Below, piece after piece: positions 20,739-32,096 of a stretch of DNA of 64,000 nt (the first letter of the stretch is position 1; every line of letters starts with the position of its first letter). The position numbers and the translations under genes are program-made. Source of the stretch: Epithemia pelagica (taxonomy: Eukaryota; Protista; Bacillariophyta); NCBI GenBank assembly GCA_946965045.2, contig OX337237.1, positions 1,488,001-1,552,000 of the forward strand. The letters run 5' to 3'. The notes under the pieces are model-generated. The model had not been told where the DNA came from, did no database searches, and was given only the letters and a program-made list of their open reading frames with translations.

Positions 20739-22685
20739 TCAAAAGCCGACTTGGAGCACTGCTGCGACAAGTTCTCTCTTCTTTGAACTTTGTAAGTGGA
20801 CAAGTTCCATTCCACCTCTTTTTCTGCTTATCACGTTTATCAATTGGATGAGTTGAGTTTTCGTGAAGGATTCAAGAACTTTAGCATAAGTTGTGTAAAC
20901 AATCGCGACACTCTCGGCTTTGGAACACAACGACAAGTTACCAGGTCCTGTCATTGTAGGATCCAAAACAGTAGCCAATAGGCCCAATTCTTGCATTGTT
21001 AGTTTGCAATAGCTTTCGGGGTACCGATCAGTACTGTTGCTGTGAATCAAATTATTTGAGGCACTCCTGCGTTTCCTGAGCTTTGGAGTCATTCGCCCCT
21101 TTCCGGATGGTTGAAAAGTCGCATGGAATTGTATTATAGTCTCAAAGAGTGAGACGTTTTGAGACGGACAACGCCAATCGAGAGAATTAGGACTACCCAA
21201 GCCTTCCGATATTGGTGAGCTTGGCGCCGACATAGACTCAACTGATGGACACCGTTGAAGCTCAGGATGCGCGTCCAAAACTGATGAAATCCGCTTGCGG
21301 GATTGCCAATACATAATGATCGCACCCACAAGGACCATTCCCACGACCAGTTCGGCCATGATTTCTTCATTTCCAGACGTGTTGAAGATAACAACCCAGT
21401 TTCTCACTTCTGTTGAAGATGTTACTACCGAATGAGTGTTGGTGACACCAGGACTGCCACCAGTTTCAACAACAAGTGCACTTTCTTCCATGGCTTCGTC
21501 GGAAGTGTTTGGATTGAGAAATCCATGATTGCCCTCAAAAACTATCTCCCAGAAAGGAATCCAGTCGAAGCCCAATTGTTGATCAACGTTTACGGTTTCT
21601 GGTTGTGTATTGGTGACATTTCGTAATTGTTGTGACTCGGACAAGGAATTGGGAAAGGATTCAACAGCGGACCCCAATAATCCGTATTCAACTTCGTCTG
21701 ACCCCACATGGTCCTCTGTTGTCGACAGGGTCTCGCTCTCTGTGTTGAAGTAGCATTCACCAGTCGTCCCCCAAACTGGTTCTTGAGCGTCGTCTGGTTC
21801 TTGTTCATTTTCTGTAGCATTGAGTGGTTCCACAAACTCGATTTCAGAGTTTTGGGGGAGGCTACCAGCACTATTCGGAGGAAAAGTCGATGAATTTTCG
21901 GACCAAGCGTCGTCCCTACACTGGCCACTATCATTGTCCTGGCCATCGAGCTCACGCGGTTCTTGTTCATTTTCTGTAGCATTGAGTGGTTCCATAAACT
22001 CAATTTCAGAGTTTTGGTGCAGGCGACCAGCACTATTCGGAAAAGTCAATGAGTCTTCCGACCTCGCGTCTTCCCTACACTGGCCACTATCATTGTCTTG
22101 GTCATCGTCCTCGCCAAGGGAAATGTCGTTTGGGTCTACAGGTGAATCGGGACCACTTTCAATCCCCATGGCTGGGAAACTGCGCGGCTCCGTGTGCCTT
22201 AACAGACCTGGCGTGATTCCTCCAAAAATCAACAGAGCCACGACAAGTGAGCTCACGAAAGAGAAGCCGACGACTCCATAGCTGAAGGAAACTCGGCCAC
22301 CATGTGCCATCGACGAGGCCGCCCTGCCAGTGCAACGCATGGAATCATAGAATGTGGTTTGCGTTTGCGGGGCATGAGATAAGTTGTACTGTTCTTGGTT
22401 TTCGCTTTCCGTGGTCTGGTACCGGTCGTTGAATGTAGAGATGCGAGGAGTCAGTTCGAGCGATAAGGTTTCGTCCACTAGCATGTCATCGCGGTTCGCC
22501 AAGTCATGAGCATCATTATGAATCGCTTTGCAAATATCATCCAAGCCCTGAGACTTTAAAGTTGCTTTAGTCTTTTCCAATTCTCCTGAGTCGACCTCGC
22601 GGCTATCTGCAGCCTCCTGGCGAGGACTTGCCTCGCGAGGTCGAGGAACGTTGGAAGCACTGACCGTATCCTGGGAATTCATCAT
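20739..22685 (-). CDS. Uncharacterised two-TM membrane protein, paralog of 13316-15496
   Basis: TMs FSYGVVGFSFVSSLVVALLIFGG and IMAELVVGMVLVGAIIMYW; GFDWIPFWE; C-terminal YPESYCKLTMQEL...SFTKTQLIQL...KKRELVAAVLQVGF. First ATG at 22685. Confidence 0.75.
   Translation of the reverse strand: MMNSQDTVSASNVPRPREASPRQEAADSREVDSGELEKTKATLKSQGLDDICKAIHNDAHDLANRDDMLVDETLSLELTPRISTFNDRYQTTESENQEQYNLSHAPQTQTTFYDSMRCTGRAASSMAHGGRVSFSYGVVGFSFVSSLVVALLIFGGITPGLLRHTEPRSFPAMGIESGPDSPVDPNDISLGEDDDQDNDSGQCREDARSEDSLTFPNSAGRLHQNSEIEFMEPLNATENEQEPRELDGQDNDSGQCRDDAWSENSSTFPPNSAGSLPQNSEIEFVEPLNATENEQEPDDAQEPVWGTTGECYFNTESETLSTTEDHVGSDEVEYGLLGSAVESFPNSLSESQQLRNVTNTQPETVNVDQQLGFDWIPFWEIVFEGNHGFLNPNTSDEAMEESALVVETGGSPGVTNTHSVVTSSTEVRNWVVIFNTSGNEEIMAELVVGMVLVGAIIMYWQSRKRISSVLDAHPELQRCPSVESMSAPSSPISEGLGSPNSLDWRCPSQNVSLFETIIQFHATFQPSGKGRMTPKLRKRRSASNNLIHSNSTDRYPESYCKLTMQELGLLATVLDPTMTGPGNLSLCSKAESVAIVYTTYAKVLESFTKTQLIQLINVISRKRGGMELVHLQSSKKRELVAAVLQVGF
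21796..22110 (-). repeat. Two-copy ~160-bp (53-54 aa) coding tandem repeat in the inter-TM loop
   Basis: QDNDSGQCR...NSAG...QNSEIEF.EPLNATENEQEP occurs twice; DNA copies start at 21796 and 21958. Confidence 0.9.
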
Positions 22686-23073
22686 TCTGGTTGACCGCAA
22701 AGTAGAGAAGATGGGAATGGAGAAAATCGACGAATGGGATCTTTGGCTGAGATAAGCAAATCGATGAAGTTGGACCACTGACTTTGGATAGGTTTGCTGA
22801 CTCAAAACCGGATGTTCTCACGGTGCTCTTCCTGATTCTTCTTTCTAACTAAACTGCTCTTGGCCCCTGATTCTAATTCCTTGTTCTCTTGGACTTCGAG
22901 CTCTCAAGTTTTGTTGTGAGTTTTGAGCACTTGGCGAAACGTGTAACGTGTGCCTCTCCACAACAGTCTCCAGTCGTGGTGTCCTGTAAAAGAGCGAGTC
23001 GTTCTTCACGCGGATGCGTTAGGGGCAATATTCGCGTACCGCGCAGGTGTGGGGCGCGGGGCATGCAACCTCA

Positions 23074-23124
<51 letters not shown>

Positions 23125-23125
23125 G
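23074..23125 (+). repeat. (ACAG)13 microsatellite
   Basis: Read directly. Confidence 0.97.
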
Positions 23126-23649
23126 TAGACAGTCCACAACTTCATTTGCGTGAGGCCGACCATGGTGAAATCATCCACGACAAACAACCCGCGCAAGGCA
23201 TTGGTTTGCCAATAGATCATTGTGTTATGGCGCTCCAACAGGTATACGAGTATTTCTGTGTCTTCTTCGTTTAAATGACCGAGCTGTTTCTTTGCCATGC
23301 CGAATCAGTAAGGTGAATCCTTGCGACTACTAGAGAGCATGAGGGTAGATGCGGTAAGTGATCCAACAGAGCCAACGGAGGAGAAGTTTTCGCATTCTGA
23401 GATACAATCTGAATCCATGAATTACGAATATGGTTTACAATACTCGTACTCGTAATGGTGTTTGTCGGGGTGGTGTGCCATTACCATCATCGTTACTCCT
23501 AGGTAGTATTTTTTGGTTTCACAAAAGGCCCTTCCCATTTTCATGCACGCGCGCCACTCCGGCTCCCACCACTGAAGGCATCTTTATCTTTCATCCTTCC
23601 TCTCACTTTTTTTCCTTTTTGCTGTCACAGATTGATTACAAAACCGACA

Positions 23650-26337
23650 ATGTCACGCCGTCAACAAACCAAGCGTCAACAGCCATGTCCTCGGCAGGAG
23701 GGAAATGCTAGCTGTCCCTCTCCGCTGCGCAAGGCCACTCGTCGCAGCGGTCGTGGGCTCAAAGATCCACCCCTTACAGTATCAGAGAAAGGTCTTCCTC
23801 ACCCAGAGTCTTCCAAGAAAACGGAGTAAGTGCTGTTGTGGTGTTTGATTATCCTTCTTCTTGCAAATCCTAGTCTCATGCATTGGCATTGGATGCTCTC
23901 TCAGGAACAATGAAAAAGAGACCAAGCCTATGGAAAAGAACGATCAGCGTGGGTCGAAAAGAGGGTCTCATACCAAAGATTCGCTTTCCTTGACTGCACA
24001 TGCGCTGGTCACCGGCAAGCGCATGGTTTCTTCGGATTCCGGTGAACTTGGGATATTGAGATGGACGAGTTACTCGCGGAGCAACGACGGAACTGAGACC
24101 ATGCCACTGGAAGAGACAGTAGAGACTGGATCGGAAGAAATTTCTCTTCCCAAATTGAGTAGCGACGATATATCATTGATCGCATCTGCGTTGGTTGCGC
24201 GCAAGCAGATTATCATGTCAGATAATGGTCAAGTTTTGGTTTCGAAAGTTTCCACTAATCCCACAATGGAAGGGAAGTCGCTTTATGACCTTTCGGCCTG
24301 GGCGGCTGTCTCACAGGTTGTGCGGGAAGAGGCGTTTCGATCAATAACACCGAACTACGACAAAGACAAAATTTGTGCCTTTGAGAGGTTCATGCATGTC
24401 GCTCAGAAAAACAAGAAATTCCACAGTCTTATCGAGGCAATACCGGATCCTGACAATGGCGAAGGTTCTAAAGTTCTGGTACTTCGGCTGTTCCTTCTTC
24501 TTCGTGGAACCGAAACTCTTCCCAAACTTGATATGCTCAACTCCTTGATGGTCGAATACATCATGAACCTGCGGACTGAAGGCCATCAAGTTGTCACAGA
24601 GGACCTGGAGAATCCCAAATACATCTACGAGCACGAGACGACTCTGAGGAGTGTGCATCACGTTTTCGACATCTTACATGCCGATGGCGTTTCGCTGGAC
24701 GCATCGGATTCTTTAAAGGGAGGACTTGGCTCCTACTTTGACTACCTCAAGGCTATTCGGAACGACAAGCCTATGGGCCGTCCACCAGCTGGCTGTCCTG
24801 TCTCTGTTCTTGTCGACGATGAAGAGGCCACGAACTTTCGCGCTGAGCCACCACTACGACCATTCGAGACCGGACAGTACGAAGACCTTCTGATGATGAC
24901 CTTTTATAAGGTTTGTCGTGAGACTTCCTTCAGCAGCCAGGAAGTGAGTATTTGTTGATATGAGTGTTTAGTTGCTTACTCTTTCTTACCTGCTTCTTTT
25001 GTCCAGCTTCGTTTAGTGTGTGTGAGTGATATTCAGCTTGTTGATTGTTTGAAGGAGACGTCTGATAGTCTTGATGGGTTACCGGCAATTATACTTCCGG
25101 ATAATGCCGACAAAGAAATCTCAAAGAACAATAATGTATCAAACGTGATTGTCGAGAAGAAAGAAGAGGAATGGAGCACATACAAGCTTCTTCGTCATTA
25201 CATGGATGTAGCCCTCTCACCAGGATGGACGGGTCTTTTATTCCTTCGTGCGGCCCCACAACATATTTTGCAATCCCGTCTCAAAGGCTCAAATCATCTT
25301 GGCTGGACTGAAATGACCGAATGCTGTTCGAAGAATACTGAATCCCCCATGGTCAAACAATGTTGTGGCCGCTTAGGACTCGATTTTCCCAGCGAAAATA
25401 TCAAAAGGCTTGTGCTTCGATGCGACTTTTCGACCTCAGGATCGGTCACTGGTGAGTCCTTTTTTACGGAGACACAGAAAAGCTCATCGGATGATAGCAA
25501 AACTGGTACCTCGAACATTGTAAACGAGGAGGTAATGAACAATACAATAAGAGCCGCCATGGCTTGTTGGTACCACCCGCCACAAAGTCCAGCTCGTAAG
25601 TTATTTCATGGTTGTTTGTGATTCATGTGACTTGATTGTTTCATTGACCTTTTGATTTGCTCGCAGATACAAGCCGGGAACTATCCTCACGGCACATCCA
25701 GAACAGCATTGCGACCTCTCCCTCTTGCCATCGTCAGCACCGGACTACGAAACAGTCTCGAAAGAAGAATCGGCCTCCTATGAATTCGCGAAAAACATTG
25801 CACAAGGACAAGCGGTCTACAATGAATTCTAAAACCCCTTCACAGAATGATAATCGGCCTCCCGTAAGCTCGAAAGGAAAGTCTGAAAAGGACAAGAATC
25901 GTTCTCCTGTGTCACACAAGGAGAATCGGCCTCCTGCACACTCGACCGAGCAAAATCCACACTCGCTTCCTTCCCAACCGTTGTACTCAGTTGGTCCAAG
26001 TCAAGTCTCTACCGGTCCGTACGTCCCAGTAATGGAGCATCCCTCGTATCCAAGCTACTATCCTCGGGCTTCCCGTGAGCTTCAACAGGCCACCTACTTT
26101 CCGGACAGTTCACGTCTTCACACCTACCCTGTCATTCCCGGGAACGGCAATTGGCAACAACCTTTTCCAGCTACCCCTTACTACCACGGCTTCGTGCATT
26201 CGCAGTCAGGACAAGTTCATGGTGGTTTTCAGTCGGGTCCAGTCTATCCTGGACTCCATGGGGGTGGTTCCATCTACAGCTATGGGTACAATGTCGGATA
26301 TGACCACAATCTCTATCATTCTTACTACCATAATTGA
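23650..26337 (+). CDS. 4-exon gene (~824 aa; exons 23650-23825, 23905-24943, 25007-25595, 25667-26337), probable degenerate Crypton-like tyrosine-recombinase domain
   Basis: Three GT-AG introns (79, 63 and 71 bp) join the ORF-track fragments in frame. Segments LNSLMVEYIMNLR, LLMMTFYKVCRETSFSSQELRLVCVSDI, YKLLRHY...LFLR and NIKRLVLR line up by eye with the Crypton/DUF3504 YR pattern, but catalytic residues are replaced. The gene model is firmer than the family call. Confidence 0.6.
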
Positions 26338-26566
26338 TGGCAAGAGGTGGCTTGTTGAAGGTTGGCATATTTTCAATTCTGGTTGCATTGCTTCCCAACC
26401 TCATAAGAACCAGGGGTGGTTTGTTTGAAGTTCATCAACGGGAGGCTTGAACTCCGTCTAGCGCAATGACAATCACATATGTTCGTACACCAAACACTTT
26501 GAAGGGAGCAACGTCTAAAACAAAACAAGTTGATAGATTGAACAAAGCTGTCAATAAAAAAGTGAA

Positions 26567-28648
26567 TTATCTATGTCCATGGTATCCGCAGCGCTTTGAA
26601 TTCTCCATTGCTCCACAAAGCATGTTTTGAATGTCGATTTCGCCTCTCGGCATGTCAATCATTCGGAAGAACTCGCCATACGAACCAAGCGTCTCAATTT
26701 TCTTCGTTTCGCTCTGGAAGCGGTTCAGCATCTCCTGGGTCGGACGACCACCGAGAGAATTGTACATCGATCGAACGAGAAGCAAATTTGGATGCTGCGA
26801 CGACGATTCATAAGCCGCCACAACCTCGGACGGTACGGCTTCTCGCGCCCAAGGAAGAACATTGAGAGCAAATCGAATTTGAAAAGCTGTCAATTTCAAA
26901 CCGGTGGAGCTTGCTCGCCAGCTCTTGACAGCTCGATCCGAAAGATGATGGCGCTCCGAGTCCTTGACCGTATCAAGACTCCGATCGGCGCGGGAAATCC
27001 AACGAGCTCCCCTTGTCAAGAGTTCTCCTATAAAGGGCTCTTTGATTTCTTCCCAACCATAAGTCGAAAGCAATATCTGAGGAAGAAATCGACCAAAATC
27101 AGGACATTTGGCCTTATGCCGCATTCTAGGATAGCGTGAAAAGCTGCGGACACGAGTATTTGCCGAGGACAACAATTCCGCATTCCCGCCAAGCTGGGGA
27201 CTGATTGGCTTTTTCTTGTGACGGCGAACAACCATTGCCCAACTTTCCTTTTCGTTTGCATCGTCTCGCTTCAGCTTGGGTAGATCTGGTGATGAAGTCG
27301 CTGCCGCTACGGCAGCTTTTACCATTTGGTTGCCATCCACTACCGGATCAGGTACCCCCGTCGCAAGCAGGAGAATGTGGTGCGGAGAACAGAATCCTTT
27401 CAAAACCTTCTCGCTCGCATGAGTGCCTCCTTTCATCATTAGAACGGCCATGCTCTTCCATAACTCGCCAACCACGAATAGGAGACGGTCCTCTTTAGTT
27501 TTCTCAGTTTCATGTTCCGGCCCCCCTTGCAGTATCTTATCCACGCAGGCTGGAAGAACACGGTTGGCCCTTTGCCAATGCTGCTCGTTTATCGCTAAGG
27601 GAAAGAAATGAGTAATCTTGGCTCCCAATGCGCTTTTACGGATACCACCCTTGAAGAAAATATCAAGAGAGATTGGTGACAGGTCAGTGGTGATTGACAC
27701 GATGCTTCCATTTGGGCGGCGTTCAACAAAGACTCCAAACCCCAAAACAACCTGATTGGAATGGTCAAAGGTGACTCCACTGATGGAGCAACGAAAATCT
27801 TCCACAGCCTCTGTGTGGAGGCGAGTTGACGATTGACCAGCAATCGATACAAGTTCATCTGCCTTTGCCTTCATCACCGCCACTCTGTTTTCGAACGATG
27901 TCGTATTGCTGGGGATAAATACAGTTCTCTTCGTCATTGTTGACGAAGTGATTGTTGTTACAGCATACGAAGACTTGTACTCTGAGGGTTTTGGCTTGCG
28001 GGGTGGAGGTACAGGCTTTTTCTCGGAAGCCGTCAAGTCTTGGTACATGGCCAAGGCACAAACTTGCTGTTCGGTCGAGTTTGTGTCGGCCCCAGTGGTC
28101 TTGGCGGCAAACCAGCTCTCCTCGGGCGGCCACAACTTTCCTTCTTTCGGATTATGACCACACCGAAAGCACGGGGTCGTTCGAGCGCTATTCATGGCCG
28201 CTTTGACAATGCATTCTGGAAGTTTCCACCCCGGCGTAGCATCCTCATCCACCGTCAAAAACACGTATACGCTTTCCAAAAGCGATCGAATGGTCCTGGA
28301 TGGATTCCAAAATACTGTTTCTGCTTCACCTTCAAAATGAGACTCAAAGGCCTTTAACAGACTGAAGCAAATCGTCTCTCCAAACACGTGAGAGTGCTCG
28401 AATGTCGTGAGAAGGTTCAAGCTAGGAGTGCTGTTGGGGAAGTCCCTGGGAAGATGAAGGATGAAATGTACCACCATCCCCGGATAAGACGCATGGTCTT
28501 CTGGAAAATAAAAGTTGCCATGCCATTCAAATATGTTGTCCTCAAGCGGGGATGCATTTACCCCCTCGAGAGGATTTCTCATCAATTCATCGTACTGCCA
28601 AAGCAAACATTTTACAGGAAATGAAGTTGATGGAGAATATACACCCAT
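26567..28648 (-). CDS. Ubiquitin-conjugating (E2/UBC) domain fused to a large uncharacterised C-terminal domain
   Basis: N-terminal UBC fold: PLEDNIFEWHG, LPRDFPNSTP, HSHVFGETICFSLL (Cys retained), WNPSRTIRSLL. C-terminal region contains HASEKVLKGF and RHKAKCPDFG. Confidence 0.8.
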   Translation of the reverse strand: MGVYSPSTSFPVKCLLWQYDELMRNPLEGVNASPLEDNIFEWHGNFYFPEDHASYPGMVVHFILHLPRDFPNSTPSLNLLTTFEHSHVFGETICFSLLKAFESHFEGEAETVFWNPSRTIRSLLESVYVFLTVDEDATPGWKLPECIVKAAMNSARTTPCFRCGHNPKEGKLWPPEESWFAAKTTGADTNSTEQQVCALAMYQDLTASEKKPVPPPRKPKPSEYKSSYAVTTITSSTMTKRTVFIPSNTTSFENRVAVMKAKADELVSIAGQSSTRLHTEAVEDFRCSISGVTFDHSNQVVLGFGVFVERRPNGSIVSITTDLSPISLDIFFKGGIRKSALGAKITHFFPLAINEQHWQRANRVLPACVDKILQGGPEHETEKTKEDRLLFVVGELWKSMAVLMMKGGTHASEKVLKGFCSPHHILLLATGVPDPVVDGNQMVKAAVAAATSSPDLPKLKRDDANEKESWAMVVRRHKKKPISPQLGGNAELLSSANTRVRSFSRYPRMRHKAKCPDFGRFLPQILLSTYGWEEIKEPFIGELLTRGARWISRADRSLDTVKDSERHHLSDRAVKSWRASSTGLKLTAFQIRFALNVLPWAREAVPSEVVAAYESSSQHPNLLLVRSMYNSLGGRPTQEMLNRFQSETKKIETLGSYGEFFRMIDMPRGEIDIQNMLCGAMENSKRCGYHGHR

Positions 28649-28820
28649 TTAAACAAGTAGAAGAGAGTAGTGGATTTCAGAACTGGACAGACTCGAGAAT
28701 TGTGAGAGCAAAAGATGCGATAGAACTTGGCATCAGAAAAAGAAACGTGGTGTTGCGTGTTCGAAAAATGCAAACCCACACATCTGACACGTTTGAGTGA
28801 AGAGTGCCCTTCTTCCGGTT

Positions 28821-28901
28821 GATGGATAAAGATCTCTGTCGCGCTAGCATCTTCTCAGGCTCGATGGATAAAGATCTCTGTCGCGCTAGTATCTTCTCAG
28901 G
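28821..28901 (+). repeat. 42-bp-period tandem duplication upstream of the UBC gene
   Basis: GATGGATAAAGATCTCTGTCGCGCTAG(C/T)ATCTTCTCAGG at 28821 and 28863, one mismatch. Confidence 0.9.
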
Positions 28902-29477
28902 AAGACAGTACAACCGCATACTCCCGAAACATGCAAACGACAGCGGTGCAGGTTTGGATCAGATCTTTTGGGTCGGCTGGTAATTCCCGGCGAGGTCATG
29001 TCAATAGCGATGGGAATCTTGCGCCAAGAGCATAACATGGAGACTCACATGATTCGCGATCAACAAGCGATTGCAAATAACCGCTTGGGTGTAATTGAAT
29101 TTGGCGTTGTGATGTTTTCGCTGTATCCGTAGTCTACTACTCCTAGGAGTAAAGCTACCCATTCCTGTACAGCTACCATCAGGAGGTACTCCCATTTCGT
29201 AGTTCCGACGAAGTTGGGTAGAAAACTTTTTCCCAAGTCCACGAATGGAAAGCATTAACTCGTATTCCGCACTGACTGTCAAAGCTCTACGGTTGCGGCA
29301 AGGAAGTCGATGGATTTTCTTACTGCTTTTGAGTTTTCCTCGTTGTACGTGAGTGGTCCTCCTCGTACGTTTGACCTTCGTCTCCATATCATGATTTCTT
29401 AATGACTGCGACGAAACCTCAGTAGTTCCAAAACCACAGGAAGAATGGGAACCATCTTTCATTCCTTGCTTCACTAC

Positions 29478-31472
29478 CTAGTCTTCTTCGTCGTCGTCAT
29501 CGTCGTCGTCATCTTCTTCTTCTTCGTCGTCGTGAGGAATCCCTGGGGATGGCGTTGTGTTGCTCCAAAGCAAGCTTCCCCCAGAAGTACTCGAGGCAGG
29601 TACTTGGGCTGGCGATTCCTGTTCCATGGCTTCTGTTTCATGTTCCGTCGAAAGGGATGCATTTGTTCTTTGTATCATGGATGGTGTTGTTGTCGAGGAT
29701 GGTGGATTTAGGGAAGATTCGGTATGATGCGGTCCAGCTGACAAAGTTGTGGGGGTGTTGCTGACGCCCGGCGACTTTTTCACCCGGCCCAAAGGAGCTT
29801 TGAGGGTAGCGGCAGGACTTGATGATTGCGATGGTTTCTTCTTGGGGGCCGTGCTAATCAATAACTTGTGTTTGCCCTTGCGGAGTAGCTGATCCCTCTC
29901 CTCCGCGCTAAAAACCAAATTGAGGTTGGAGGCATTCTTTTTCTTGGTCCCAATAGTTTTGTTGTCAGTGGCTTTACTACCGTCATTGTCATCGAGAATG
30001 GGAGGTACAAAGACTCCTCTCCGCAACCATTTGTAGGAAGAGGCATCGTTGAAAAACACTTCTTCCAGTGCATTCATGGACTGGACAAAAGTGGGATCGC
30101 GGAGGCTCCAATCGTAGGCACGCACGTAGACTCGTTTCTTGATCGTGTTTTCTACCTTGATGGGACGAATGAGGGGAAGCGAGGGGAAGAGGAGAGAGGG
30201 TGACAACAAGGCTGTGACATCTTCCTGATCTTGATTGCTGTGAAACGTTGACGACAAGAACTCCAGGGCTGCCATGGCCATTTCTTCTGCATCCAATGCC
30301 GATGGAACCATACTGGGACAAACGGCCAAACAGCAACGTTTCAACAAGAGTCGTGCGGCCACACCCGTACCACTGTTGGCCGACCCAGTGGCTCCTCCCG
30401 ACTTTGTAGATGATTTGGTACCCTCTTCTTGCTCAAACACAGCCAAAAAACTTTGCAAGTAAGCCAGTTGTTCCAGAGGTCGTGATGTGCGTTGGGATGG
30501 ACGTTTCTTGGTCCATTCCACAATTTCCGCATCGGTCAATGGTTCTGACTTGTTGGCATCCGTATTATTTGGCTGGGATTCAGGTCGAACAGCATTCACT
30601 ACCGTCGGGCGCCATGTATTTTGAATTTGTTCTTGTTTATGAGCTACCCACCGTACGGCTTGGGCCATCATGTGCGCTTCTTGTGGATCATCCTCCTTTT
30701 CTTCTGGAATGGTCAAAAACTCTTCTTCCTCCAACAATGTTTGTAACAGGGTTTGCGCCGTGACGGACAAGTCTGATTGAGTCTTGTGCCATGCTTGACC
30801 TCGCAAAAAGGCATAGGGCAAGGGCAAATTGTCGTAGTTTGTGGTTTGCGGAGGCAAGGGAAACGAAGGCAGCCCTGACGTCTTGACAGTGTCATTATAG
30901 TCGGAGGGTTTCAGTTTCTTTTGTTTAGGAAGCCTTCTCGACCCGGTTGCATTGGCACGACGACGAACCGTCGTAGTAGCACTCTTTTTGTTGTCGCTGT
31001 TATTGGTGACATGAGAAGCCTTTGTGGATGGCAACCGAGCATTCATCAAACCTGATGCCGCTTTGGGTCGTTTCTTGATGACAATTTTGGGTGTCCCTAA
31101 TTCCTTGGTTGCGAGAGGTTGCGATTCTTTTCGTGATTGCGTCGTGGCGTGTTCCCCCATTGCCTCCTCGTCATCTTCGTCATTCATTTCTATAGGAGGC
31201 TTCTTCTCTCGGACCATGGCAGCTGGAGTCGCAAGAGCAGGAGGATTCGAGTCTTCATCATCCATGTCGTCGTCGTCGTCCTCCTCCTCCTCATCATCTC
31301 CTTCGTCGTCATTGCCCTCCTCATCATCATGATTCATGGTAGATTCTAGGACAGAATGAATAGTGTCGTGGTGCTGGTCGCCCTCGTCGTCTTCTTCCTC
31401 GTCGTCGTCGTCCTCCTCATCGTCAAAGCCTTCACGGGCCCACGCACCGAGCATTGTGGGAACTTCCGACAT
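29478..31472 (-). CDS. Hypothetical protein with acidic (D/E) N- and C-terminal tracts and Lys-rich segments; possibly nuclear
   Basis: 664-aa ORF with host-like codon style; no recognisable domain. Confidence 0.7.
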   Translation of the reverse strand: MSEVPTMLGAWAREGFDDEEDDDDEEEDDEGDQHHDTIHSVLESTMNHDDEEGNDDEGDDEEEEDDDDDMDDEDSNPPALATPAAMVREKKPPIEMNDEDDEEAMGEHATTQSRKESQPLATKELGTPKIVIKKRPKAASGLMNARLPSTKASHVTNNSDNKKSATTTVRRRANATGSRRLPKQKKLKPSDYNDTVKTSGLPSFPLPPQTTNYDNLPLPYAFLRGQAWHKTQSDLSVTAQTLLQTLLEEEEFLTIPEEKEDDPQEAHMMAQAVRWVAHKQEQIQNTWRPTVVNAVRPESQPNNTDANKSEPLTDAEIVEWTKKRPSQRTSRPLEQLAYLQSFLAVFEQEEGTKSSTKSGGATGSANSGTGVAARLLLKRCCLAVCPSMVPSALDAEEMAMAALEFLSSTFHSNQDQEDVTALLSPSLLFPSLPLIRPIKVENTIKKRVYVRAYDWSLRDPTFVQSMNALEEVFFNDASSYKWLRRGVFVPPILDDNDGSKATDNKTIGTKKKNASNLNLVFSAEERDQLLRKGKHKLLISTAPKKKPSQSSSPAATLKAPLGRVKKSPGVSNTPTTLSAGPHHTESSLNPPSSTTTPSMIQRTNASLSTEHETEAMEQESPAQVPASSTSGGSLLWSNTTPSPGIPHDDEEEEDDDDDDDDEED

Positions 31473-32096
31473 GGTTTACACAGTACTACCAACCGAGAAT
31501 ACAAGGATCGCTCGAAAAGAGTCCTATAACATTCCCAATGTGTGGATCTAGAATGATTGATCCAACAAAATGGGATGAGGGCGCCCGTGGCCTTGCCTTG
31601 AAGACATAAGTCGACGCCCTCTGGTTCACGTACAGAGCGTGTGCCCGGGGACTGTAATCCTAAGCGATAGTATGCTACGAATCCAAATATTCTACAGCTA
31701 ACACTAAAGTCTTCAGAACGCTACGAAATCTATAGATCCCATCGCCATCAAAAAGACACCAACATTCAACATCAACTGTGATGGAAGATCGAACAAGTGT
31801 GCCAATAGAGAGCCAATACCAATACACCAATACACCAACAATACACCACAGACGAGGAGCAGATCCAGAGGTCTCTAAAATACTTCCTTCGAGGAAAAGA
31901 AGGGAAAATTCTTTTCTGTACTTGAAATCATCTTCTGTGGCTCAAGGTAACAGACGTTCGAGATAGATACCAAAGCAGACGGTCGAAGAGCTGTTCCAGC
32001 GACTGTGATTGCCCCTTGGGATTGGAAAGCTTTGCACAAGACCTCTTGCCCTGTCGCCAGTATTTCCATTCCAGGTTGAAAAGAAAGACAACCAGC

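Noticed and set aside
29001-29474. 157-aa minus ORF directly after the acidic protein's stop
   Set aside because: No motif and no ATG near the start; likely 3' UTR.
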